Assembly (NCBI GenBank): GCA_963521685.1
Contig: CAUQVG010000002.1
Span: forward strand, 12,041 to 76,040
Source: an uncultured Selenomonas sp.
GTDB lineage: Bacteria; Bacillota; Negativicutes; Selenomonadales; Selenomonadaceae
Direction of reading: 5' to 3'
DNA length: 64,000 nucleotides
Shown here: positions 1-9,468 of the stretch, one piece after another
Layout: each line of letters begins with the position of its first letter
Numbering within the stretch: the first letter of the stretch is position 1
Made by a program: the position numbers and the translations under genes
The notes under the pieces: model-generated
Database searches by the model: none
The model's input: only the letters and a program-made list of their open reading frames with translations
What the model was told of the DNA's origin: nothing

Positions 1-1
1 C

Positions 2-376
2 ATTGAGAAGCGCCGTCCGTGTCCCGGATGCGCAGAAGTGATGAATCTCATCGGAGATGTTGAGGGGCGCACGGCCCTGCTGATTGATGATATTGTCGAT
101 ACGGCAGGCTCTCTCTGCGAAGGGGCGAAGGCTCTCAAGGACCGCGGAGCAAAGCGTGTGCTCGCTGCATGTTCACATGCGATTCTGAGTGATCCGGCGG
201 TTGAACGCCTCAATGCATCGGTGATTGACCAGCTTGTGATCACGGACTCCATTCCTATTTCGCCGGAGAAGCAGTCGGATAAGTTTGTTACACTCTCTCT
301 CGCACAGTCGCTGGCAGATGTCATTGTGCGGATTCAAAGTCATCGTTCGGTGAGCCTGCTCTTTAATCATCATTAA
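2..376 (+). CDS. prs: Ribose-phosphate pyrophosphokinase, C-terminal part (5' end outside window)
   Basis: Frame open from the window edge (IEKRRP...); PRPP-binding motif LIDDIVDTAGS; HAILS and ITDSIP motifs. Confidence 0.93.
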   Translation: MEKRRPCPGCAEVMNLIGDVEGRTALLIDDIVDTAGSLCEGAKALKDRGAKRVLAACSHAILSDPAVERLNASVIDQLVITDSIPISPEKQSDKFVTLSLAQSLADVIVRIQSHRSVSLLFNHH

Positions 377-394
377 GCAGGATCGTTGCAGCAA

Positions 395-422
395 GAAAAA
401 GGGCGTTTAACGCCCCTTTTTT
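395..422. terminator. Bidirectional-type intrinsic terminator after prs
   Basis: GAAAAAGGGCGTTTAACGCCCCTTTTTT: GGGCG/CGCCC hairpin with A and T tracts. Confidence 0.7.
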
Positions 423-449
423 GTACACGAGAAAAATTAGGAGCATCCT

Positions 450-1313
450 ATGCATGTCATCATCATCGGCAGCGGCCCTGCCGGGATCTCTGCAGCCCTC
501 TACGCACGGCGCGGGGGAGCAGACGTAACGGTCACGGCAAATGGAGCCGGTGCTCTTGCGCGTGCAGAGATGATCGAGAACTACTATGGATTTGCTGCGC
601 CGATCTCCGGAACAGATCTCTTGCAGCGTGGGATTGCAGGGGCAAAGCGTCTCGGTGTCGTCTTCGAAGAGGACGAAATTGTCGGTGTCCGGCCGATGGA
701 TACCGGTGCGGGGTTTTTTGTTGAAGGAATCCGGCGGACATATGAGGGAGATGCGGTCATACTTGCTGCGGGAGCCCCGCGCCGAACTGTCTCTGTGCCG
801 GGCCTCCGTGCGTTTGAGGGGCGCGGTGTCAGCTATTGCGCAATCTGCGATGCGTTCTTTTACCGCGGGAAAAAGGCTGCAGTCATCGGTGCAGGTGCGT
901 ATGCACTTCATGAGGCGCAGATCCTTCTGCCGCATGCTGCGCAGGTGACGATGCTGACCAATGGGGCTGCGCTTGAGGCAAAACCACCGGAGCCCATTGC
1001 CGTCGTATCAAAGAAGATTGCACGCATTGAGGGAGACCGCCGCGTTCGTCAAATTATCTTTGCAGATGATACGCAGATGGACGTGGACGGCGTTTTTATT
1101 GCGATCGGTGCCGCCGGGAGCTTGGAACTCGCTCGTAAGATGGGTGTTCTTCTCCATGACGGAGCAATCGCTGTCGGGGCGAATATGGAGACAAACGTCC
1201 CGGGCATCTATGCTGCGGGAGATTGTACCGGGGGATTGCTCCAGATTGCGAAAGCTGTCTATGAAGGGGCTGAGGCAGGTCTGGCCGCCGTGCGCTGCCT
1301 GAGAAAGACCTAG
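450..1313 (+). CDS. Thioredoxin reductase-like FAD oxidoreductase (probably ferredoxin-dependent FFTR type)
   Basis: IIGSGPAG FAD motif, GVSYCAICD CxxC, TNVPGIYAAGD; lacks the HRR NADPH motif. Confidence 0.85.
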   Translation: MHVIIIGSGPAGISAALYARRGGADVTVTANGAGALARAEMIENYYGFAAPISGTDLLQRGIAGAKRLGVVFEEDEIVGVRPMDTGAGFFVEGIRRTYEGDAVILAAGAPRRTVSVPGLRAFEGRGVSYCAICDAFFYRGKKAAVIGAGAYALHEAQILLPHAAQVTMLTNGAALEAKPPEPIAVVSKKIARIEGDRRVRQIIFADDTQMDVDGVFIAIGAAGSLELARKMGVLLHDGAIAVGANMETNVPGIYAAGDCTGGLLQIAKAVYEGAEAGLAAVRCLRKT

Positions 1314-1349
1314 AAATCCTGCGAGATGGGGAGAAAAGGGGGGATAGAT

Positions 1350-2039
1350 ATGCCGGCGCATGCGGAAGGAACTCAATTTCGAGATTATATTGATTCCTTT
1401 GAGCTGTGGCACCATCTGACGAATGTGCAGCGGGACAGGCTGGCCGCTCATACGCGCTTTATGCACTGTATGAAGGGCGAATCTGTTCATCGCGGACCGC
1501 TTGAAAAAGCGGGAATACTGCACGTTGTGTCCGGTGCGCTGCGAATTTATATGCTCTCTGAAGAGGGGCGCGCGTTTACGCTCTGTCTCATGCGGGCCGG
1601 AGATGTTGCGCTGCTGGCAAGCACCGCATTCCTCAGAAGTGTTTCCTGCAATGTATCCATTGAGGCCGCCGAGGACACGAAACTCTTTGTCTCAGACTCT
1701 GATACGGTGCGGCGTATCTTTGAGGCAAATGTGCGTGTGCGCGCGTATGCATATGAACTTGCTGTGCATCGCCTGTCGGAAATGGTGTGGAAATTCCAGC
1801 AGGTGCTCTTCATCCCCGCCGAGCGCCGTCTGGCGAAATTCCTGCTGGCCGAATCTGAGCGTACGGATGGAGATGAAATCCGTCTGACGCATGAACAGAC
1901 GGCTCAGTCCCTCGGTACAGCACGTGAGGTCGTCAGCCGATTGATGCGCGAGTTCAGTCAGGACGGTTTGGTACGGACCTCCCGCGGGCGCATTCATATT
2001 TTGGATCGGGCGGCGCTGCGCCGGCGCGCAGGTGTCTGA
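1350..2039 (+). CDS. Crp/Fnr family transcriptional regulator
   Basis: cNMP-like N-domain; C-terminal HTH LTHEQTAQSLGTAREVVSRLM; start chosen after a G-rich RBS. Confidence 0.9.
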   Translation: MPAHAEGTQFRDYIDSFELWHHLTNVQRDRLAAHTRFMHCMKGESVHRGPLEKAGILHVVSGALRIYMLSEEGRAFTLCLMRAGDVALLASTAFLRSVSCNVSIEAAEDTKLFVSDSDTVRRIFEANVRVRAYAYELAVHRLSEMVWKFQQVLFIPAERRLAKFLLAESERTDGDEIRLTHEQTAQSLGTAREVVSRLMREFSQDGLVRTSRGRIHILDRAALRRRAGV

Positions 2040-2056
2040 TTTATTTGGAGAACGCT

Positions 2057-2761
2057 ATGCTGATCTATGCCTTGGCAGCGGTCGTTATTCTGCTGCTGAT
2101 CATTCTGTTTCGCTATTTGCCGAAACGTATCTTTTTCCTTTTTGTTGTTCTGCTCCTCGTTCTGGGAGGGATTGTTTTTCAGATGAACAGGGCACAGCAC
2201 GTACCGGTTCCCTTGACACAGGAACAGCGTGCCGGCATTGAGCGGGATCATGCATTCTTTGTGCCTTGGTGGGAAACGTATCAGAAGCAGATTGCGGAAT
2301 TGGACCGCAACTGGACGCGTTATCACCAGATCCTTGCCGATGCCAAGGAAGGGGATGCCGATCTCAATGTGACATATGAGCGCCTTTTGGATCTCGAGCG
2401 GGAAACGCAGGAGCTGCGCGGGCGCATGGAGAAAAATACACCGCCGCCTGAATTGTCGGACCATGTCTATGATCAGCTCGTCATTATTGCACATAAGACT
2501 GGAATATATGCGGCGGCCGAACAGAAAGCGATCACACTCACGCGCGCGGCGGCCGATCCCTCTGCGATGAAAGAGAAGAACCCTGCCGAACAGGCGCGTT
2601 TGCTCGAATTGGTTATGCTGCGGGAGTCTCCGGTCGCCCTTTTCATCAACGATGAAATTTATGCCATACGCAGCTATTTTGCGCCTATTTCGGCAAACCA
2701 TACGGAAGAAGCTGTACCCGGCGAAGAGGCGGAGCATGATGAAAAACTGCTCGACAAATAA
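2057..2761 (+). CDS. Hypothetical protein with two N-terminal TM helices and a helical extracytoplasmic domain
   Basis: GGAG RBS, hydrophobic N-terminus, host-like codon usage. Confidence 0.75.
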   Translation: MLIYALAAVVILLLIILFRYLPKRIFFLFVVLLLVLGGIVFQMNRAQHVPVPLTQEQRAGIERDHAFFVPWWETYQKQIAELDRNWTRYHQILADAKEGDADLNVTYERLLDLERETQELRGRMEKNTPPPELSDHVYDQLVIIAHKTGIYAAAEQKAITLTRAAADPSAMKEKNPAEQARLLELVMLRESPVALFINDEIYAIRSYFAPISANHTEEAVPGEEAEHDEKLLDK

Positions 2762-2799
2762 ATACCTTTGCGGTATAATGTGCATTACGCTTATATAGC

Positions 2800-2874
2800 G
2801 CGCTCGTAGTCCAGTGGATAGGACGTTAGCCTCCGGAGCTGAAAGCGTGGGTTCGACTCCCGCCGAGCGCACCA
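2800..2874 (+). tRNA. tRNA-Arg(CCG)
   Basis: Acceptor GCGCTCG/CGAGCGC, anticodon loop CT-CCG-GA, GTTCGA T-loop, encoded CCA; TATAAT upstream. Confidence 0.96.
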
Positions 2875-2889
2875 TTTTTATAGAATTTT

Positions 2890-2915
2890 CCTGCGGTTTT
2901 CCGCAGGCTTTTTTA
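2890..2915 (+). terminator. Intrinsic terminator after tRNA-Arg
   Basis: CCTGCGG-TTTT-CCGCAGG followed by a T tract. Confidence 0.75.
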
Positions 2916-3001
2916 TTAGGAGATACTGAAAAAGGGTTTTGCTTGTATGTGAAGAATATTTACACAAAGGAAATTTTTAGTTTTCGTTAGGAGATGAATG
3001 A

Positions 3002-5674
3002 ATGGCTCGAAAAGAGGTACTGGCACCCGTGCGACCGGTGCTTATGCGCAGCTTGTATCTGAAAAAGAATGCATTTCGACAGTTCTTCTATGAGAGCTCG
3101 CTTCGCTTCGGGCGGCAAATCGGCATTGATATTGCTGAACTCAAGGATGAGACTGCATCCATTGTCAATAAGAAGTACATGTTCTCGCTCGGAATGACGA
3201 AGAGCGGGGCGCAGAGTTTCCTGAAATGGATTGCGGACGAGTTCAACGCGGAGGACGTTTCCCATGAACAAGAGAAGCGTCTGCGCCGGCTGGTCGCGGA
3301 GTATCCGAAGATTCGCGGCTATATCCGCATTGAGGCAGATCAGCTTATCTTCGACCATGAACGTTTCGCCGAGGATGTGGTGGCAGGACGGTTCAAAGAG
3401 ACCATTTTCGGCATTACTTTTGATATCCAGAGCATTGTTGAAACAGCAATCAATACGGGATCCGTCGCGCTTGACTTTTCGATCGAACCGTTTAAAAAGG
3501 AACTCCTGTATACCGATCATGTGCGTGCCGATATACAGCCCTATGCAGAGCGGATTCTCACGGATATGAGCCTCGGACACTGGGATCTCTACGAGGAACT
3601 GGCGGAGGAGGGAGGAGAGGACAGCGTCTGCCTCCGTCTGCCGCCGACGGATTTCCTCGTAGCGCGTCCGCCCCAGCTGGATGTCATCATGAACGGCACC
3701 TGTGCAATTGATTTCGGTACGCGCAGTACAGTCGTCGTCTGCCGTGACCGCGAGGCGCGCCTGCTGCGCATCGGCAAGGGCGACTATGAGAATGAACCGA
3801 CGCTGCAGGATTATGAGAACCCGACGGCGATCGAACTGATTGATATTGAAAAGTTCAAGCAGCTTTATCGTGCGCGCGAAGGGCGGCCCTATACAGAGTG
3901 GTCGCAGGTGACCGCCTCCCACCAGGCTGCGGATGCGATCTTTGAGCGCCAGTCCACGGAGGGGATTGCTGTCTATTACTCTGTGTTCAGTGAACTCAAG
4001 CGCTGGACGCGCGACACGGCGAACTCACCGATTTTGAAGGACCGCCGCGGCTACATCCAGGAGGTGAAGCCGTATGCCGAGACACAGCCGCTGGATGCGG
4101 GCGGGTTTGATCCCATTGAGATCTATGCCTACTATCTCGGCCTCTATATCAACAACATGCACCGCAATATCTATTTGGACTACATTCTCTCCTTCCCGGT
4201 AGGTTATGAGAAAAGCGTACGTGAGCACATCCGCCTGAGCTTTGAGCGCGGTCTTCGGAAGACACTGCCAAAGGCTCTGCTTGATGACCCGGAGATGATG
4301 CGCCGCTTCCGTGTATACGACGGTGCGAACGAGCCTGCAGCGTATGCAGTCAGCGCACTCGAGGCGTACGGGCTTGAGCCGAAGCGTACGGGTGAGGAGG
4401 TTGCCTACGGCGTATTTGATTTCGGCGGCGGCACGACGGATTTTGACTTCGGCGTGGAGTATGTGCCGGAGAACGGGCGCCGCAAGTTCATCATTGAGCA
4501 GTTCGGGTTCGGAAGCGACATGTACCTTGGCGGCGAGAATATCCTTGAACTCCTCGCTTATGAGGTGTTTAAGGACAATCTTGCGGAGATGCGCCAGCAT
4601 AAGATCACGTTTGCTTTGCCGCCCGAGAGCGAGACCTTCGCCGGCGCGGAGGCGCTCGTACGCGAGACGCGCGATGCAGCTTCACATCTGAACAACAAGA
4701 TCCTTGCCGAGCGGCTGCGTCCTTTCTGGGAACGCGGTGCGGGCTATGAGGAGTTTGCATCAAAAGATGCGTTTGACACGAAGATCACCTTATTCTCCTC
4801 TGAAAAGACCGGAAATGCGGGAAACCGCGCAGAAATTCGTCTGCGCATTGATGTACGGAAACTCGAGCGCACGCTGGAGGACCGCATCCGCCGCGGCGTT
4901 GAGAACTTTTTCCAGGCCATGGCAACGGCGTTCAAGGGCCGCGATGTCCGTCAGGTGCACATTTTCCTCGCGGGCAACTCCTGCAAGGCACCGATGGTGC
5001 GCAAGCTGTTCGATGAGTATATTGCACGTCAGACAGGAGCACTGCCTCCCTCCGTAAAGAGCGGTGCAGCGGATAAATCCAATGCAGTCGATGCCGGCGG
5101 GAAGAAGGCAGATCGCACAAAGAGTGTCCCCCAGCAAAAAGATGCACCGTTTCTGCTCTACCTCCCGCTCGGTATGGAGGATGGAGAGAAGAAGGCGGGG
5201 GCCCTCAACGACGGATTTGACCGTCTGCGTACGGGCAAGACAGGCGTTGCCTTTGGCCTCCTCCGCTGCCGCAAAGGCGGGAAGGATGTCAAGATCATCA
5301 ACAAAAATGTGGATGAGCATGATGAGCTCCTCTTCCCTTACTTCCTCGGCAGCCTGAATGAACGCGGCTGCTTTAAGGTGGATATCGATGCGCGCGTCGA
5401 CTATGGTACATGGACGTATTTCACCTATGCGGACGAGGATGAGTTCGAACTCTACTATACACAGGAGCCGCGCGCGCTGAAGGGCTATATGAAGGCCGCA
5501 GAGGTGCGCATGGTGCGCTGCATGATCGACGATGCCGATGTCAGTGATGACGATGAGGTCGGTGTCTATATCCGCAAGAAATCGCCGAATACGATTGAGT
5601 ATACGGTTGCCTCAGAGAAGAGCCTTGGGGCAAAAAATTACAAGGGGACCGTATACACGGTTCGCTTGGGATAA
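3002..5674 (+). CDS. Large non-canonical Hsp70/actin-fold ATPase with an unassigned N-terminal domain
   Basis: AIDFGTRST, ILSFPVGY, NEPAAYA, VFDFGGGTTD, LGGENI, FLAGNS, GVAFG in Hsp70 NBD order; GGAG RBS. Confidence 0.8.
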   Translation: MARKEVLAPVRPVLMRSLYLKKNAFRQFFYESSLRFGRQIGIDIAELKDETASIVNKKYMFSLGMTKSGAQSFLKWIADEFNAEDVSHEQEKRLRRLVAEYPKIRGYIRIEADQLIFDHERFAEDVVAGRFKETIFGITFDIQSIVETAINTGSVALDFSIEPFKKELLYTDHVRADIQPYAERILTDMSLGHWDLYEELAEEGGEDSVCLRLPPTDFLVARPPQLDVIMNGTCAIDFGTRSTVVVCRDREARLLRIGKGDYENEPTLQDYENPTAIELIDIEKFKQLYRAREGRPYTEWSQVTASHQAADAIFERQSTEGIAVYYSVFSELKRWTRDTANSPILKDRRGYIQEVKPYAETQPLDAGGFDPIEIYAYYLGLYINNMHRNIYLDYILSFPVGYEKSVREHIRLSFERGLRKTLPKALLDDPEMMRRFRVYDGANEPAAYAVSALEAYGLEPKRTGEEVAYGVFDFGGGTTDFDFGVEYVPENGRRKFIIEQFGFGSDMYLGGENILELLAYEVFKDNLAEMRQHKITFALPPESETFAGAEALVRETRDAASHLNNKILAERLRPFWERGAGYEEFASKDAFDTKITLFSSEKTGNAGNRAEIRLRIDVRKLERTLEDRIRRGVENFFQAMATAFKGRDVRQVHIFLAGNSCKAPMVRKLFDEYIARQTGALPPSVKSGAADKSNAVDAGGKKADRTKSVPQQKDAPFLLYLPLGMEDGEKKAGALNDGFDRLRTGKTGVAFGLLRCRKGGKDVKIINKNVDEHDELLFPYFLGSLNERGCFKVDIDARVDYGTWTYFTYADEDEFELYYTQEPRALKGYMKAAEVRMVRCMIDDADVSDDDEVGVYIRKKSPNTIEYTVASEKSLGAKNYKGTVYTVRLG

Positions 5675-5704
5675 GCTGCACTGCTGCCGGAAAGGAGCGC
5701 TGCG

Positions 5705-5998
5705 ATGAAACACCTGCCGTTTAAGAATTATATGGAGGACGCTGTCGGCTACATGCTCGACCGCCTCGCGCCGCAGTATCCGGACATCTGCATGTGCGAC
5801 CGCTGCCGGACGGATATGATGATGATTGCGCTGAACAATCTGCCGCCGCGCTATGTTTCTACGCATAAGGGCGATATTCTGAAACGTGTCGAGGGGATGG
5901 AACTCCAGTATGAGGTGGAGGTATTGACCGAGACCCTTCGTGCAATGCAGATTGTCGGCGGACAGCCGCATCACGGACGAAACGAAGAGGGGATTTAG
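5705..5998 (+). CDS. ComFB family protein
   Basis: KNYMEDAV...CMCDRC..D...[13 protein letters not shown]...PHH signature; AAAGGAG RBS. Confidence 0.9.
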   Translation: MKHLPFKNYMEDAVGYMLDRLAPQYPDICMCDRCRTDMMMIALNNLPPRYVSTHKGDILKRVEGMELQYEVEVLTETLRAMQIVGGQPHHGRNEEGI

Positions 5999-6029
5999 CT
6001 CCTGCCATCAAACACGCGCCGATAAAAAT

Positions 6030-6058
6030 TTGTCAAGCAGCTGTTTTTTTGGTAAAAT
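6030..6058 (+). promoter_or_regulatory. Sigma70-type promoter upstream of cysE
   Basis: TTGTCA-17 bp-TAAAAT with extended TG. Confidence 0.7.
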
Positions 6059-6082
6059 AAACAAGAAATCAAAGGCGATCTG

Positions 6083-6119
6083 CGCGTCGGCGTCTCTGAA
6101 GAGATGCAGACGCGTTTTT
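6083..6119 (+). terminator. Intrinsic terminator hairpin between the promoter and cysE
   Basis: CGCGTC-G-GCGTCTC-TGAA-GAGATGC-A-GACGCG-TTTTT. Confidence 0.7.
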
Positions 6120-6158
6120 GCTGTCGGCATCAATGTATCAATCGGAGAGGAAGCTGCT

Positions 6159-6881
6159 ATGTTCGCAAGGATCAAGCGTGACATTCGCGTCGTCTTTGAG
6201 CGCGATCCCGCAGCCAAGAGCACGATCGAGGTTGTGCTCTGTTATGGCGGCCTGCACGCGATCTGGCTTCACCGGATCTCGCATGCACTCTATCTGCACG
6301 GCTGGATTCTTCTGGCACGTTTGATCTCCAATTTCGGACGTTTTTTGACGGGGATTGAGATTCATCCGGGAGCGACGATCGGTGAGGGCCTTTTTATCGA
6401 TCACGGCACGGGAATTGTCATCGGAGAGACAGCGGAGCTCGGGAGAAACGTCACCCTCTATCAGGGGGTGACCCTTGGCGGTACGGGCAAGGAAAAGGGT
6501 AAGCGCCATCCGACACTCGGCAACAACGTCGTTGTTGCCTCGGGTGCAAAGGTGCTCGGTTCATTCACCGTCGGCGATCATGCCAAAATTGGCGCGGGTT
6601 CTGTCGTTCTCAGCCCTGTCCCTGCACATGCCACTGTGGTCGGTATTCCGGGCCGCATTGTCATGATGAATGGGAAGCGTGTGCATACAGAGGCGAATTT
6701 TCACAGGGCGCGGGAACTCTCCCTCGAATGCGGGGAGAGCGCAGAGGAGCTTGCCAGCGAACTGGATGTCGATCTCGATCATAATATGCTGCCCGATCCG
6801 GAGGCAGAAATGATCGAGGCGATGCGCCGGGAGATCGAGGAACTGAAGACGCGTCTGACCGGATTGGAAGAACGAAAATAG
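6159..6881 (+). CDS. cysE: Serine O-acetyltransferase
   Basis: [37 protein letters not shown]; start after GGAGAGG. Confidence 0.96.
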   Translation: MFARIKRDIRVVFERDPAAKSTIEVVLCYGGLHAIWLHRISHALYLHGWILLARLISNFGRFLTGIEIHPGATIGEGLFIDHGTGIVIGETAELGRNVTLYQGVTLGGTGKEKGKRHPTLGNNVVVASGAKVLGSFTVGDHAKIGAGSVVLSPVPAHATVVGIPGRIVMMNGKRVHTEANFHRARELSLECGESAEELASELDVDLDHNMLPDPEAEMIEAMRREIEELKTRLTGLEERK

Positions 6882-6893
6882 GGGGGAGATACG

Positions 6894-8321
6894 ATGCTTA
6901 CCGTTTATAATACGATGTCCCGGAAAAAGGAAGAGTTTCATCCGCTGCGTGCAGGCGAGGTCAGTATTTACTGCTGCGGTGTGACGCCGTACAATGACCC
7001 GCACATTGGAAATGCACGCCCGTTTGTCACATGGGATGTCATTCGCCGCTATCTTGCACGCAGAGGATATCGCGTACGCTATATCCAGAACTTCACCGAT
7101 ATAGATGACAAGATCATCAATGCCGCGAACCGTGAGGGCGTGACGTGGAAGGAGATCTCCGACCGTTACATCGCCGCGTACTTCAAGGCAATGGATGCGC
7201 TCAATGTGCGCCGCGCGGATGTGTTCCCGCGTGTTTCGGAGACCATGGAGGACATCCACCGCATGATCGGGACACTGATCGAGCGCGGTTATGCCTATGC
7301 TACAGCTTCAGGCGATGTCTACTACCGCGTGGAGGCGTTCGAGCGCTACGGCTGCCTGAGCGGGCGCAGCCTAGATGATATGGAGGCGGGCGCGCGCGTT
7401 GAGGTCAACGAGGCAAAGCTGCATCCGATGGATTTTGCACTGTGGAAAGCGGCAAAGCCCGGCGAACCCTCATGGGACAGCCCATGGGGCCAGGGCCGCC
7501 CCGGCTGGCACATCGAGTGCTCGGCAATGTCCGTGAAGTATCTCGGCAGCGTCTTTGACTTCCACGGCGGCGGCAACGATCTGATCTTCCCGCATCACGA
7601 GAACGAGATTGCGCAGGCAGAGCCGTGCATCGACGGCTCTGAGAAGTTTGCGCGATATTGGCTGCACAACGGCTTTATCACGATCGACAACGAGAAAATG
7701 TCGAAGTCAAAAAATAATTTCTTTACGGTCAAGGATATTCTGAAGGAATTCCCCGGCGAGGTGATCCGCTTCTTCATCCTCCAGACACATTACCGCAGTC
7801 CGCTCGATTTCAGCGATGAACGTCTGCATGAGGCGCAGACGGCGCTTGACCGTCTGCGCAATGTGCGCGATGTGACCGCCGAGCTCTCGGCGCACGAGGG
7901 GGAAGCGGATACGGCAGCGGAGCTTGCGGCACAGGCGGAGACATTCCTGCAGGCCTTCGATGCGGCCATGGACGATGATTTCAACACGGCACTTGCCATC
8001 AGTCAGATGTTCGGCCTCGGGAAAGAGATCAACCGCTATCATCAGGAGGTCGAGCGGGGCCTTGCCTTCGATGCGGCGAATTTCCGTAAGGCAGCGGATG
8101 CATTTCATGCGATGGCAGAGATCATCGGCATCTTCGAGCAGGAGGAGGCTCCGGCGGATGACGGCCTTGCAGATGCGCTCATGGATCTCATCATAGGCAT
8201 TCGACAGGATGCCCGTGCGGAGAAGAACTGGACGGTTGCGGACAAGATCCGCGACGGACTCAAGGAAGCCGGCATTGTACTCGAGGATACGCCAAGCGGC
8301 GTGCGTTGGAAGCGGGCATGA
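6894..8321 (+). CDS. cysS: Cysteine--tRNA ligase
   Basis: CGVTPY, HIGNAR, GRPGWHIECSAM, KMSKS. Confidence 0.98.
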   Translation: MLTVYNTMSRKKEEFHPLRAGEVSIYCCGVTPYNDPHIGNARPFVTWDVIRRYLARRGYRVRYIQNFTDIDDKIINAANREGVTWKEISDRYIAAYFKAMDALNVRRADVFPRVSETMEDIHRMIGTLIERGYAYATASGDVYYRVEAFERYGCLSGRSLDDMEAGARVEVNEAKLHPMDFALWKAAKPGEPSWDSPWGQGRPGWHIECSAMSVKYLGSVFDFHGGGNDLIFPHHENEIAQAEPCIDGSEKFARYWLHNGFITIDNEKMSKSKNNFFTVKDILKEFPGEVIRFFILQTHYRSPLDFSDERLHEAQTALDRLRNVRDVTAELSAHEGEADTAAELAAQAETFLQAFDAAMDDDFNTALAISQMFGLGKEINRYHQEVERGLAFDAANFRKAADAFHAMAEIIGIFEQEEAPADDGLADALMDLIIGIRQDARAEKNWTVADKIRDGLKEAGIVLEDTPSGVRWKRA

Positions 8322-8328
8322 CGACAGG

Positions 8329-8829
8329 ATGAAATTCGAACGATTTCAGCAGCTTGTGCGCATGATGTTCCTGCCCGATGAGACAGGCAATATCCGCACA
8401 CGCTATGAGAATGTGGATGCACAGAACGTACATCCGCTTGTCCTTGCCTATGTGGGCGATGCCTATTTTCATCTCTACGTGCGTATGAGGCTGCTCTCCT
8501 ACGAGCAGGCAAAAGTGCAGGCGCTTCATTCGTTCAGCGCTCAGATTGTATCGGCGCTCTGGCAGGCACGTGCCTATCGCGGCATCGCGGCCATGCTGAC
8601 GGAGGAGGAGCAGACGATCTACCGGCGCGCACGCAATACGAAGAGCCATGCGCCGCGCAGCGCGTCCGTTGCTGATTATCATGCAAGTACGGGCTTTGAG
8701 GCTCTGCTTGGGACGCTCTATATTCGTGAGGAATATGAGCGCCTCGAGGAGATTGCCGAGGCGGCATTTCAGATCATCGCAAAAGAGATGATGGCAAATA
8801 TACAGCGGGAGCAAAACGATGGAAATTAA
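8329..8829 (+). CDS. mrnC: Mini-ribonuclease III
   Basis: LAYVGDAY, RRARN, STGFEALLG; position after cysS. Confidence 0.92.
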   Translation: MKFERFQQLVRMMFLPDETGNIRTRYENVDAQNVHPLVLAYVGDAYFHLYVRMRLLSYEQAKVQALHSFSAQIVSALWQARAYRGIAAMLTEEEQTIYRRARNTKSHAPRSASVADYHASTGFEALLGTLYIREEYERLEEIAEAAFQIIAKEMMANIQREQNDGN

Positions 8830-9457
8830 ACTGATCTCGAAAACACCGAATTATCTAAAGACGTGCTGGACAGCGGCACGGACCTGTTACAGTGCGGACT
8901 CTCCGATTGAGCTTCTCGCTGAGGAGAAGACGGAGGCCGAGATGCTGCGTCTCTTGGACCGCATCATGACGAGCAAACACCTCTCTGTCGTCGAGCACTG
9001 TGCGATGACCTTTGCCGTCAAGGATGTCTCGCGCACACTGCTCGCCCAGTACAGCCGTCATCGGATTGGTGTGTCGCTGAGCGTGCAGAGTCAGCGCTAT
9101 GTCTCCGAACAGTCCGCGAAGCAGGCAGACGGCATCTTCGGGCACGTTGTCCCGCAGACCGTCGCTGAGAACAAAGAGGCATACGAGCGTTATATGGCGT
9201 GTATGCAGGACATCCAGAAGACGTATGATGAACTCCTCGCGCTTGGTGTTGCTAAGCAGGACGCGCGTTTTGTCCTGCCGGGCGGAGCGTGTACGAATTT
9301 CGTTACGACGCTCAATCTGCGCTCCTTTATGGATGTCTATGAAAAGCGTGTACTGACCCCGGGAGCACAGTGGGAGATCAAGGATATGATGCTCCGCATG
9401 CGTGACCTGATTGTCGCTGAGGAGCCGTGGCTGGAACGCTTTATCCCGCGCGGATAA
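8819..9457 (+). CDS. thyX: FAD-dependent thymidylate synthase
   Basis: HLSVVEH, RHR-x7-SQRY, DARFVLP, AQWEI. Confidence 0.96.
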   Translation: MEIKLISKTPNYLKTCWTAARTCYSADSPIELLAEEKTEAEMLRLLDRIMTSKHLSVVEHCAMTFAVKDVSRTLLAQYSRHRIGVSLSVQSQRYVSEQSAKQADGIFGHVVPQTVAENKEAYERYMACMQDIQKTYDELLALGVAKQDARFVLPGGACTNFVTTLNLRSFMDVYEKRVLTPGAQWEIKDMMLRMRDLIVAEEPWLERFIPRG

Positions 9458-9468
9458 TGGAGCATCGA

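Noticed and set aside
1994..2875. Long antisense ORFs in the ORF track (e.g. 1994-2875, 22436-23740, 39224-40471, 46067-47392, 51960-52949)
   Set aside because: They are shadows of well-supported genes on the opposite strand, as expected in GC-rich DNA, and show no motifs.
3002..5674. Calling this gene dnaK or hscA
   Set aside because: Long N-terminal extension, no canonical linker or SBD, and no hrcA/grpE/dnaJ or isc context.
2875..5998. Genomic island inserted at tRNA-Arg(CCG)
   Set aside because: No integrase, no duplicated tRNA 3' end seen, and codon usage of the ATPase looks host-like.
5999..6158. T-box riboswitch upstream of cysE
   Set aside because: No T-box consensus or specifier stem, and the leader is too short.
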